Positions 38,368 to 50,282 are shown, counted from the first letter of the stretch. The stretch: DNA of 64,000 bases from Eledone cirrhosa (GCA_964016885.1 OZ024760.1:9300001-9364000); one strand, 5' to 3'. Made by a program: numbers and translations. The notes: a model not told the origin generated them from the letters alone.

Positions 38368-39292
38368 ATGTAGGCGCCACGGAATAAAAGCACCCAGCAC
38401 TCACTGTAAAGTGGTCGTGGAGGTGCCACGGAATAAAAGCACCCAGCCCACACTGTAAAGTGGTCGTGTAGGCGCCATGGAATAAAAGCACCCAGCACTC
38501 ACTGTAAAGTGGTCGTGTAGGCGCCACGGAATAAAAGCACCCAGCACTCACTGTAAAGTGGTCGTGTAGGCGCCACGGAATAAAAGCACCCAGCACTCAC
38601 TGTAAAGTGGTCGTGTAGGCGCCACGGAATAAAAGCACCCAGCACTCACTGTAAAGTGGTCGTGTAGGCGCCATGGAATAAAAGCACCCAGCACTCACTG
38701 TAAAGTGGTCGTGTAGGCGCCATGGAATAAAAGCACCCAGCACTCACTGTAAAGTGGTCGTGTAGGCGCCACGGAATAAAAGCACCCAGCACTCACTGTA
38801 AAGTGGTCGTGTAGGCGCCACGGAATAAAAGCACCCAGCACTCACTGTAAAGTGGTCGTGTAGGCGCCACGGAATAAAAGCACCCAGCACTCACTGTAAA
38901 GTGGTCGTGTAGGCGCCACGGAATAAAAGCACCCAGCACTCACTGTAAAGTGGTCGTGTAGGCGCCACGGAATAAAAGCACCCAGCACTCACTGTAAAGT
39001 GGTTGTGTAGGCGCCACGGAATAAAAGCACCCAGCCCACACTGTAAAGTGGACGTGTAGGCGCCATGGAATAAAAGCACCCAGCACTCACTGTAAAGTGG
39101 TCGTGGAGGTGCCACGGAATAAAAGCACCCAGCCCACACTGTAAAGTGGTCGTGTAGGCGCCATGGAATAAAAGCACCCAGCACTCACTGTAAAGTGGAC
39201 GTGTAGGCGCCATGGAATAAAAGCACCCAGAACTCACTGTAAAGTGGACGTGTAGGCGCCACGGAATAAAAGCACCCAGAACTCACTGTAAA
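38368..39292 (+). repeat. 49-bp tandem array (~19 copies) derived from a SINE/retroposon tail
   Basis: GTAGGCGCCACGGAATAAAAGCACCCAGCACTCACTGTAAAGTGGTCGT; continues into the normal tail at 39293-39455. Confidence 0.95.
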
Positions 39293-39562
39293 GGAGGTTG
39301 GTGTTAGGAAGGGCATCCAACTGTAGAAATCAAGCCAGAATCAGTTCCCGTATGAGCAGGACATGGTCAGCTAACCGGACACTGCCCACAACAGGACAAC
39401 CCGCCTAACCCATGCTAGCGTGGAAGAACAGATGTAAAACAGTGACGATGATGATTCCTCATCATTATCATCATCATCATTATCATTGTCATCATTATCA
39501 TCATCATCAACACCATTATCATCATCATTATCATTTTTGTCATCATCACCACCACCACCACA

Positions 39563-39912
39563 CTAACAGGAGTTAAGTGATGTATTATTACCATAGTAAC
39601 AAGAGTAAAATGATGTTATTACCATAGTAACAAGAGTAAAGTGATGTATTATTACCATGGTAACAGGAGTAAAGTGAGGTGTTATTATCATGGTTACAGT
39701 ATTAAACTGAGATGTTATTACCATGGTAACAGTATTAATATGAGGTGTTATAACCATGTTAACAGTATTAATGAGGTGTTATTACCATGGTAACAGTATT
39801 AATATGAGGTGTTATTACCATGGTAACAGTATTAATATGAGGTGTTATTACCATGGTAACAGTATTAATGAGGTGTTATTACCATGGTAACAGTATTAAA
39901 GTGCAGGTGTCA
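39563..39912. repeat. ~33-bp minisatellite x10
   Basis: AGGTGTTATTACCATGGTAACAGTATTAATATG, with gradual divergence along the array. Confidence 0.9.
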
Positions 39913-39927
39913 TAATTCCATAAAGAA

Positions 39928-40432
39928 TTAACCCTTTAGCATTTAAACCTGCCATATCTGGCCAGAACTCTCTCACCTCTTTCTGTTGAACCAGCTGCTC
40001 CTACTTATGTTAAGGTATTGTTCTCAAAATAAATAATATCAAAATCTCATAGATTCTAGGATAATTGTGTAAGATAAAGCCTTTACCATGAAAATATAAA
40101 TGTTTCTACTTTTGGCACAAGGCCAGCAATTACCCAGTGTATTACTGGTACTTTATTTTATCGACCCCGTAAGGATGTAAAGGGACGTAACTATGCTGGA
40201 AAGCATGGCGTCCGACCCTCTACCGATACTGCCAATTCACTGCCCTATAATAATAATAATTGTTTCTACTTTTTGGCACAAGGCCAGCAATTATCCCAGT
40301 GTATTACTGGTACTTTATTTTATCGACCCCCGTAAGGATGAAAGGCAAAGTTAACCTCGGTGGGATTTGAACTCAGAATGGCATGAAAATATAATAGTAT
40401 ATATAGAGTAATGTGAATGGTAATGGGTTAAA
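39928..40432. mobile_element. piggyBac-like MITE interrupted by family A SINE copies
   Basis: TTAACCCTTTAGCATT start and ..GGGTTAA end; SINE segments ~40101-40380 flanked by CATGAAAATATAA. Confidence 0.7.
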
Positions 40433-40482
40433 TAATTAAATGAGAAAACCTTCAGTAAATATGAGAATATTTTTTATTTCAG

Positions 40483-40795
40483 TTTACAGGAGGCTTTGGT
40501 CAACATTGAAGTAAGAAATGGAGATTTACAGACTAAAGTTGACGAATTGGTCACTGCTGAACGCCAACGAGAAAAGGCTGAAAGGCGTAAGACTATGAGT
40601 GTACCTAGTCTACACGATATTAACTATGAAGACTTTTACCCAACTAGTTTCCCTAGTTGGAGCCAAAACCAGTTCAGACAAGGCCTTCACCTAAACCCTT
40701 ATGAAACAGAAATACGCAAACTACAAGACACTGTGAGGAACCTAAAAACTCAACAGGCTTGTGAAAAACGGAAACGAGAGGACTTTGAAATTGAG
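40483..40795 (+). CDS. CDR2: CDR2-like coding exon 4
   Basis: TTATTTCAG|T TTA CAG GAG...ATT GAG|GTAAAT (phase 2 to 0); coiled coil LQEALVNIEVRNGDLQTKVDEL. Confidence 0.93.
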
Positions 40796-40890
40796 GTAAA
40801 TATTATCTGGTATTGTGTGAGATGGCTGGGTAGGATTACTGGGTGAAGCAGGGTAGGGTAGGATTACTGGGTGAAGCAGGGTATGTTTAC

Positions 40891-41577
40891 TGGGTAGGGT
40901 ATGTTTACTGGGTGTAGTAGAACCTGGGTAGGGTATGTTTACTGGGTGTAGTAGAACCTGGGTAGGGTATGTTTACTGGGTGTAGTAGAACCTGGGTAGG
41001 GTATGTTTACTGGGTGTAGTAAAACCTGGGTAGGGTATGTTTACTGGGTGGAGTAGAACCTGGGTAGGGTATGTTTACTGGGGGTAGTAGAACCTGGGTA
41101 GGGTATGTTTACTGGGGGTAGTAGAACCTGGGTAGGGTATGTTTACTGGGGGTAGTAGAACCTGGGTAGGGTATGTTTACTGGGGGTAGTAGAACCTGGG
41201 TAGGGTATGTTTACTGGGGGTAGTAGAACCTGGGTAGGGTATGTTTACTGGGTGTAGTAGAACCTGGGTAGGGTATGTTTACTGGGGGTAGTAGAACCTG
41301 GGTAGGGTATGTTTACTGGGGGTAGTAGAACCTGGGTAGGGTATGTTTACTGGGGGTAGTAGAACCTGGGTAGGGTATGTTTACTGGGTGTAGTAGAACC
41401 TGGGTAGGGTATGTTTACTGGGGGTAGTAGAACCTGGGTAGGGTATGTTTACTGGGGGTAGTAGAACCTGGGTAGGGTATGTTTACTGGGGGTAGTAGAA
41501 CCTGGGTAGGGTATGTTTACTGGGTGTAGTAGAACCTGGGTAGGGTATGTTTACTGGGGGTAGTAGAACCTGGGTAG
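40891..41577. repeat. 34-bp G-rich minisatellite (~20 copies)
   Basis: GGTAGGGTATGTTTACTGGG(T/G)GTAGTAGAACCTG. Confidence 0.95.
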
Positions 41578-41800
41578 GATTACTGGGTGAAGCAGGGTAT
41601 GTTTACTGGGTGTAGTGGGATGGGGTAAGTTTACTTGGCATAGTGGGGGGAGGGGTATGATTACTGGGTGTAGCAGAACCTAGTGGAGCAGGGTAGGGTA
41701 GGTTTGATGGGTGAGAAGGCTGGGTAGATTTAGTGAGTGTAGCAGGATAGGTATATTGGGTGTAGTGGGGTAGGTAGGTTTACTGGGTGTTGTGGAGTAG

Positions 41801-44800
41801 GTAGCTGTGATAATCTAGGATGTGTTTACTGTGTTGTAGGTAGCTGTGTTGATCTAGGATGTGTTTACTGTGTTGTAGGTAGCTGTGTTGATCTAGGATA
41901 TGTTTACTGTGTTGTAGGTAGCTGTGTTGATCTAGGATGTGTTTACTGTGTTGTAGGTAGCTGTGTTGATCTAGGATATGTTTACTGTGTTGTAGGTAGC
42001 TGTGTTGATCTAGGATGTGTTTACTGTGTTGTAGGTAGCTGTGTTGATCTAGGATGTGTTTACTGTGTTGTAGGTAGCTGTGTTGATCTAGGATATGTTT
42101 ACTGTGTTGTAGGTAGCTGTGTTGATCTAGGATATGTTTACTGTGTTGTAGGTAGCTGTGATGATCTAGGATGTGTTTACTGTGTTGTAGGTAGCTGTGT
42201 TGATCTAGGATATGTTTACTGTGTTGTAGGTAGCTGTGATAATCTAGGATGTGTTTACTGTGTTGTAGGTAGCTGTGTTGATCTAGGATGATGTTTACTG
42301 TGTTGTAGGTAGCTGTGTTGATCTAGGATGTGTTTACTGTGTTGTAGGTAGCTGTGTTGATCTAGGATATGTTTACTGTGTTGTAGGTAGCTGTGTTGAT
42401 CTAGGATATGTTTACTGTGTTGTAGGTAGCTGTGTTGATCTAGGATGTGTTTACTGTGTTGTAGGTAGCTGTGTTGATCTAGGATATGTTTACTGTGTTG
42501 TAGGTAGCTGTGATGATCTAGGATGTGTTTACTGTGTTGTAGGTAGCTGTGTTGATCTAAGATATGTTTACTGTGTTGTAGGTAGCTGTGATAATCTAGG
42601 ATGTGTTTACTGTGTTGTAGGTAGCTGTGTTGATCTAGGATGATGTTTACTGTGTTGTAGGTAGCTGTGTTGATCTAGGATGTGTTTACTGTGTTGTAGG
42701 TAGCTGTGTTGATCTAGGATATGTTTACTGTGTTGTAGGTAGCTGTGTTGATCTAGGATGATGTTTACTGTGTTGTAGGTAGCTGTGTTGATCTAGGATG
42801 TGTTTACTGTGTTGTAGGTAGCTGTGTTGATCTAGGATGTGTTTACTGTGTTGTAGGTAGCTGTGTTGATCTAGGATGTGTTTACTGTGTTGTAGGTAGC
42901 TGTGTTGATCTAGGATGTGTTTACTGTGTTGTAGGTAGCTGTGTTGATCTAGGATGTGTTTACTGTGTTGTAGGTAGCTGTGTTGATCTAGGATATGTTT
43001 ACTGTGTTGTAGGTAGCTGTGTTGATCTAGGATGTGTTTACTGTGTTGTAGGTAGCTGTGTTGATCTAGGATGATGTTTACTGTGTTGTAGGTAGCTGTG
43101 TTGATCTAGGATGTGTTTACTGTGTTGTAGGTAGCTGTGTTGATCTAGGATGTGTTTACTGTGTTGTAGGTAGCTGTGTTGATCTAGGATATGTTTACTG
43201 TGTTGTAGGTAGCTGTGTTGATCTAGGATGTGTTTACTGTGTTGTAGGTAGCTGTGTTGATCTAGGATGTGTTTACTGTGTTGTAGGTAGCTGTGTTGAT
43301 CTAGGATGTGTTTACTGTGTTGTAGGTAGCTGTGTTGATCTAGGATATGTTTACTGTGTTGTAGGTAGCTGTGTTGATCTAGGATGTGTTTACTGTGTTG
43401 TAGGTAGCTGTGTTGATCTAGGATGTGTTTACTGTGTTGTAGGTAGCTGTGTTGATCTAGGATGTGTTTACTGTGTTGTAGGTAGCTGTGTTGATCTAGG
43501 ATGTGTTTACTGTGTTGTAGGTAGCTGTGTTGATCTAGGATGTGTTTACTGTGTTGTAGGTAGCTGTGTTGATCTAGGATGTGTTTACTGTGTTGTAGGT
43601 AGCTGTGTTGATCTAGGATGTGTTTACTGTGTTGTAGGTAGCTGTGTTGATCTAGGATGTGTTTACTGTGTTGTAGGTAGCTGTGTTGATCTAGGATGTG
43701 TTTACTGTGTTGTAGGTAGCTGTGTTGATCTAGGATGTGTTTACTGTGTTGTAGGTAGCTGTGTTGATCTAGGATGTGTTTACTGTGTTGTAGGTAGCTG
43801 TGTTGATCTAGGATGTGTTTACTGTGTTGTAGGTAGCTGTGTTGATCTAGGATGTGTTTACTGTGTTGTAGGTAGCTGTGTTGATCTAGGATGTGTTTAC
43901 TGTGTTGTAGGTAGCTGTGTTGATCTAGGATGTGTTTACTGTGTTGTAGGTAGCTGTGTTGATCTAGGATGTGTTTACTGTGTTGTAGGTAGCTGTGTTG
44001 ATCTAGGATGTGTTTACTGTGTTGTAGGTAGCTGTGTTGATCTAGGATGTGTTTACTGTGTTGTAGGTAGCTGTGTTGATCTAGGATATGTTTACTGTGT
44101 TGTAGGTAGCTGTGTTGATCTAGGATGTGTTCACTGTGTTGTAGGTAGCTGTGTTGATCTAGGATGTGTTTACTGTGTTGTAGGTAGCTGTGTTGATCTA
44201 GGATATGTTTACTGTGTTGTAGGTAGCTGTGTTGATCTAGGATGTGTTTACTGTGTTGTAGGTAGCTGTGTTGATCTAGGATGTGTTTACTGTGTTGTAG
44301 GTAGCTGTGTTTACTGTGTTGTAGGTAGCTGTGTTTACTGTGTTGTAGGTAGCTGTGTTTACTGTGTTGTAGGTAGCTGTGTTGATCTAGGATATGTTTA
44401 CTGTGTTGTAGGTAGCTGTGTTGATCTAGGATGTGTTTACTGTGTTGTAGGTAGCTGTGTTGATCTAGGATGTGTTTACTGTGTTGTAGGTAGCTGTGTT
44501 GATCTAGGATGTGTTTACTGTGTTGTAGGTAGCTGTGTTGATCTAGGATGTGTTTACTGTGTTGTAGGTAGCTGTGTTGATCTAGGATGTGTTTACTGTG
44601 TTGTAGGTAGCTGTTTTTACTGTGTTGTAGGTAGCTGTTTTTACTGTGTTGTAGGTAGCTGTGTTGATCTAGGGTGTGTTTACTGTGTTGTAGGTAGCTG
44701 TGTTGATCTAGGATGTGTTTACTGTGTTGTAGGTAGCTGTGTTGATCTAGGATGTGTTTACTGTGTTGTAGGTAGCTGTGTTGATCTAGGATGTGTTTAC

Positions 44801-47035
44801 TGTGTTGTAGGTAGCTGTGTTGATCTAGGATGTGTTTACTGTGTTGTAGGTAGCTGTGTTGATCTAGGATGTGTTTACTGTGTTGTAGGTAGCTGTGTTG
44901 ATCTAGGATGTGTTTACTGTGTTGTAGGTAGCTGTGTTGAGCTAGGATGTGTTTACTGTGTTGTAGGTAGCTGTGTTGATCTAGGATGTGTTTACTGTGT
45001 TGTAGGTAGCTGTGTTGATCTAGGATGTGTTTACTGTGTTGTAGGTAGCTGTGTTGATCTAGGATGTGTTTACTGTGTTGTAGGTAGCTGTGATAATCTA
45101 GGATGTGTTTACTGTGCTGTAGGTAGCTGTGTTGATCTAGGATGTGTTTACTGTGTTGTAGGTAGCTGTGATGATCTAGGATGTGTTTACTGTGCTGTAG
45201 GTAGCTGTGTTGATCTAGGATGTGTTTACTGTGTTGTAGGTAGCTGTGTTGATCTAGGGTGTGTTTACTGTGTTGTAGGTTGCTGTGATAATCTAGGATG
45301 TGTTTACTGTGTTGTAGGTAGCTGTGTTGATCTAGGATGTGTTTACTGTGTTGTAGGTAGCTGTGTTGATCTAGGGTGTGTTTACTGTGTTGCAGGTAGG
45401 TGTGTTGATCTAGGATATGTTTACTGTGTTGTAGGTAGCTGTGTTGATCTAGGGTGTGTTTACTGTGTTGTAGGTAGCTGTGTTGATCTAGGATGTGTTT
45501 ACTGTGTTGTAGGTAGCTGTGTTGATCTAGGATGTGTTTACTGTGCTGTAGGTAGCTGTGTTAATCTAGGATGTGTTTACTGTGTTGTAGGTAGCTGTGA
45601 TAATCTAGGATGTGTTTACTGTGTTGTAGGTAGCTGTGTTGATCTAGGATATGTTTACTGTGTTGTAGGTAGCTGTGTTGATCTAGGATGTGTTTACTGT
45701 GTTGTAGGTAGCTGTGTTGATCTAGGATGTGTTTACTGTGTTGTAGGTAGCTGTGTTGATCTAGGATGTGTTTACTGTGTTGTAGGTAGCTGTGTTGATC
45801 TAGGATGTGTTTACTGTGTTGTAGGTAGCTGTGTTGATCTAGGATGTGTTTACTGTGTTGTAGGTAGCTGTGTTGATCTAGGATGTGTTTACTGTGTTGT
45901 AGGTAGCTGTGTTGATCTAGGATGTGTTTACTGTGTTGTAGGTAGCTGTGATAATCTAGGATGTGTTTACTGTGTTGTAGGTAGCTGTGTTGATCTAGGA
46001 TGTGTTTACTGTGTTGTAGGTAGCTGTGTTGATCTAGGATGTGTTTACTGTGTTGTAGGTAGCTGTGTTGATCTAGGATGTGTTTACTGTGTTGTAGGTA
46101 GCTGTGATAATCTAGGATGTGTTTACTGTGTTGTAGGTAGCTGTGTTGATCTAGGATGTGTTTACTGTGTTGTAGGTAGCTGTGTTGATCTAGGATGTGT
46201 TTACTGTGTTGTAGGTAGCTGTGTTGATCTAGGATCTGTTTACTGTGTTGTAGGTAGCTGTGTTGAGCTAGGATGTGTTTACTGTGTTGTAGGTAGCTGT
46301 GTTGATCTAGGGTGTGTTTACCGTGTTGTAGGTAGCTATGTTGATCTAGGATGTGTTTACTGTGTTGTAGGTAGCTGTGTTGATCTAGGATGTGTTTACT
46401 GTGTTGTAGGTAGCTGTGATAATCTAGGATGTGTTTACTGTGTTGTAGGTAGCTGTGATAATCTAGGATGTGTTTACTGTGTTGTAGGTAGCTGTGTTGA
46501 TCTAGGATGTGTTTACTGTGTTGTAGGTAGCTGTGTTGATCTAGGATGATGTTTACTGTGTTGTAGGTAGCTGTGATAATCTAGGATGTGTTTACTGTGT
46601 TGTAGGTAGCTGTGATAATCTAGGATGTGTTTACTGTGTTGTAGGTAGCTGTGTTGATCTAGGATGTGTTTACTGTGTTGTAGGTAGCTGTGATAATCTA
46701 GGATGTGTTTACTGTGTTGTAGGTAGCTGTGTTGATCTAGGATGTGTTTACTGTGTTGTAGGTAGCTGTGATAATCTAGGATGTGTTTACTGTGTTGTAG
46801 GTAGCTGTGTTGATCTAGGATGTGTTTACTGTGTTGTAGGTAGCTGTGATAATCTAGGATGTGTTTACTGTGTTGTAGGTAGCTGTGTTGATCTAGGATG
46901 ATGTTTACTGTGTTGTAGGTAGCTGTGATGATCTAGGATGTGTTTACTGTGTTGTAGGTAGCTGTGTTGATTTAGGATGTGTTTACTGTGTTGTAGGTAG
47001 CTGTGTTGATCTAGCATGTGTTTACTGTGTTGTAG
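41801..47035 (+). repeat. 39-bp satellite (~135 copies); unit = first 18 nt of exon 5 + 21 nt of the splice acceptor
   Basis: GTAGCTGTGTTGATCTAG-GATGTGTTTACTGTGTTGTAG; runs without a break into exon 5 GTAGCTGTGATGATCCAGGAC. Confidence 0.97.
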
Positions 47036-47260
47036 GTAGCTGTGATGATCCAGGACAATCAAAACCTAGAAGCAAAAGTTGAAGACTTGGAGAAGAGATT
47101 GATGGATACAAACAAACTGGAAGCTGAACTAAAGCAGCTCCAGCTCCGATCTGAGAAGGTGTGTCGCCGTTGTGGTAATGAAATCAAACCATGTCTACCT
47201 GCTGGAGTCCTTGGCAAAGAGGTGGAACATGATGAACCACAGATGACAAGTGAAGGCAAG
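47036..47260 (+). CDS. CDR2: CDR2-like coding exon 5 (VAVMIQDNQNLEAKVEDLE...TSEGK)
   Basis: TTGTAG|GTA...AAG|GTATGT, 225 nt, phase 0/0; FEIE|VAVMIQDNQNLE aligns ungapped to human CDR2 MEEEYGLVLKENSELE (recalled sequence). Confidence 0.88.
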
Positions 47261-47831
47261 GTATGTAGAAATACCTGAGCTTGGTTAGATGTGTGCTGGA
47301 GCAGTGGTTGGTGAGATCTTTATAGTTTGAAGGTGTGGGCAGGGTTTCTGGGAGCAAATATTGTCAAGTGGAACATGACTACTTTATCACTCTAAGGAAA
47401 GAGAGGTCCTCTCAAAATTCAAGGGGCCAAAAGTTTTGCGTTTTTGAAGGGTGTGGATAATCATCAGATAATTACAGGCCACTCTTGGCCTTTGAGTCAA
47501 AATACACTAATCCCACCCCATTTTATAAGTCATAGGTGTATTTTTATTTTTACACAGATATATATTCTATTGAGGTATACCATGGACCTTTTTTGGGGGA
47601 TTTTTAGATCTTGTGGAGAAAACACGTGAAGTATATTTGTTTAAAACATTGTTTTATATTTTTTTACCATTTAGTCATGGATGGAAAGGCAGTGGCTACA
47701 ACACTCTGAGATTGTGGAGGGTGAGGATTCTATCCTTAATCCAAGGACCTCGTCCAAATGTTTACAACAGAAGGGATTCTATTTAAGGCATCTGACATTT
47801 CGGTGGAGATATTAAACTGGTTGACAGACAA

Positions 47832-48312
47832 GGTCTACCACCCTAGGACCAGGTGGTGGTGTTAAACTGAGTGAGAGATTAAGTCTACCACCTAGGACCA
47901 GGTGGTGGTGTTAAACTGGGTGAGAGATTAAGTCTACCACCCTAGGACCAGGTGGGGGTGTTAAACTGGGTGAGAGATTAAGTCTACCACCTAGGACCAG
48001 GTGGTGGTGTTAAACTGGGTGAGAGATTAAGTCTACCACCCTAGGACCAGGTGGGGGTGTTAAACTGGGTGAGAGATTAAGTCTACCACCCTAGGACCAG
48101 GTGGGGGTGTTAAACTGGGTGAGAGATTAAGTCTACCACCCTAGGACCAGGTGGGGGTGTTAAACTGGGTGAGAGATTAAGTCTACCACCCTAGGACCAG
48201 GTGGGGGTGTTAAACTGGGTGAGAGATTAAGTCTACCACCCGAGGACCAGGTGGGGGTGTTAAACAAGGTAACAGATTGTCTACCACCCTAGGACCAGGT
48301 GGGGGAGTTAAA
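47832..48312. repeat. 50-bp minisatellite (~9-10 copies)
   Basis: GTCTACCACCCTAGGACCAGGTGGGGGTGTTAAACTGGGTGAGAGATTAA. Confidence 0.95.
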
Positions 48313-48462
48313 TGTTGTTGTGATAGTGAGGGTCATAGTTTATAGCTGTAGTGATAATGTTGTAGTGAGGGTCATATAGCTGTAGTGATAATGTTGTTAT
48401 TGGTTACCAAAGTTAAAACTAATGTTCCTAATTGTTAAGTGGAGCTATTTTGTTCTTTTCAG

Positions 48463-48984
48463 GTTGCACGTTTAGAGGATGGTGGCAGCGTGTATGGTAG
48501 TAATGAATCCATTCACAAAGTCCTCATGGAAACCCGGGAACAACTGGCAGGTAATGGAGTACAATCAAATGTGTCCATTCTTAGTGAACTTGAGTCACAG
48601 TACTATGCTTTGTGTCAGAAATACGAGTCCCTCCTGCAACACAAGTTACGCCGACCTCGATCAGGCACAGATTTTGATGAAGATGAAGCCGACAGGAATT
48701 TCCGTGTTTCACACAAGGAAGTGCAGACCCTCCTTGTAAACTTGCACCGCTGCGTTGAGGTGAATACAGATGTCGGAGACTCCACGACAAGCCCGCCACC
48801 TTACCGCTCTCTTTTCAAAGACATCTTTGCTACACTGCGTAAATCACGAATTGAAGAGTCTCCAGAACAACAGGTACCTCCTACTGCCAATCAAGGCAAC
48901 AACCAATCAAAATCAGCCACTGGTACACCAATAACCTCGCCCATAACAGAAGACAACCCAATGACTAAAAGCGCTCACGCATAA
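48463..48984 (+). CDS. CDR2: CDR2-like last coding exon
   Basis: TTCTTTTCAG|GTT; SILSELESQYYALCQKYESLL and PPYRSLFKDIFATLRKSR match the CDR2 motifs SLLHEVDTQYSALKVKYEELL and PEYKALFKEIF; total CDS 1383 nt = 460 aa. Confidence 0.95.
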   Translation, partial: VARLEDGGSVYGSNESIHKVLMETREQLAGNGVQSNVSILSELESQYYALCQKYESLLQHKLRRPRSGTDFDEDEADRNFRVSHKEVQTLLVNLHRCVEVNTDVGDSTTSPPPYRSLFKDIFATLRKSRIEESPEQQVPPTANQGNNQSKSATGTPITSPITEDNPMTKSAHA

Positions 48985-49039
48985 AATTAAAGATATTTAG
49001 AAACCAATTGAAACTGCTCAGTAAATACATTGCACTCAT

Positions 49040-49068
49040 ACACATATGTGTGTGTGTATATAGATATG

Positions 49069-49115
<47 letters not shown>

Positions 49116-49209
49116 GTATATGTATATATATGTGTGTGTATATATCATATCTATCTATATATATATATTTATGTGTTTGTGTATATATATATATGTGTGT
49201 GTGTATATA

Positions 49210-49242
<33 letters not shown>

Positions 49243-49410
49243 ACGTATTTGTATATATATATGTATATGTATATATAATGTATTTGTGTATATATATATG
49301 TATATATAATGTATTTGTGTATATATATATATATACTAATGTTTGTATTTGTATATATATATGTATATATGTATTTGTGTATATATGTATATGAATATAT
49401 AATGTATTTG

Positions 49411-49446
<36 letters not shown>

Positions 49447-49525
49447 ATGTATTTGTGTATGTATATATATATATGTATATATAATGTATTTGTGTATATA
49501 TATATATATGTATATATAATGTATT

Positions 49526-49567
<42 letters not shown>

Positions 49568-49720
49568 ATGTATTTGTATATATATATATATATATGTATA
49601 TATAATGTATTTGTATATATATATATATATATGTATATATAATGTATTTGTATATATATATATATATATGTATATATAATGTATTTGTGTATATATATAT
49701 ATGTATATATAATGTATTTG

Positions 49721-49766
<46 letters not shown>

Positions 49767-49818
49767 GTATATATAATGTATTTGTATATATATATATATA
49801 TATATATATTAATGTTTG

Positions 49819-49862
<44 letters not shown>

Positions 49863-49872
49863 TGTTTGTATT

Positions 49873-49928
<56 letters not shown>

Positions 49929-49945
49929 ATATTTTATATGTATAT
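49040..49945. repeat. (AT)n-rich compound microsatellite
   Basis: Direct inspection. Confidence 0.95.
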
Positions 49946-50282
49946 GTTGTTGTTTGGAAACTAACCTCACACAATGATGTAGGAATAGTTCTTTGTTGAC
50001 TTCATTCTTTTCCAGTTTGTTAAACTCTGTTGTCCATAGTTTGACCAGCATCATAAGATGTCAATATTTACCTATGTGATATATAGGATCATGAGTTCTA
50101 ATTTCTACTGCCCAAACACACACACACACACACACTTATACATTATATATATATATTTTAAGTCAAGTTTTTCACTTGAATTAAAATTATTATGCTCTGT
50201 ATTTTTTCCATAATCAAGTAACACATTGAGCTTTCTCGCATTTTGTCAAGAACAAGTTGTATATCCACTCCTCTTGATCTCC

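Noticed and set aside
47051-47053. Alternative in-frame acceptor ATCCAG|GAC, which would make the satellite wholly intronic
   Set aside because: Including VAVMIQ preserves ungapped alignment to CDR2 (EEEYGLVLKEN) and the coiled-coil register, and this site has no pyrimidine tract; not excluded without RNA data
46865-47062. Minus-strand 13-aa repeat ORF (HSYLQHSKHILDQ)
   Set aside because: Antisense reading of the 39-bp satellite, broken by 40-bp variant units
15015-48312. CRISPR-like appearance of the 34-50 bp repeat arrays
   Set aside because: Units are contiguous with no unique spacers, there are no cas genes, and the context is eukaryotic
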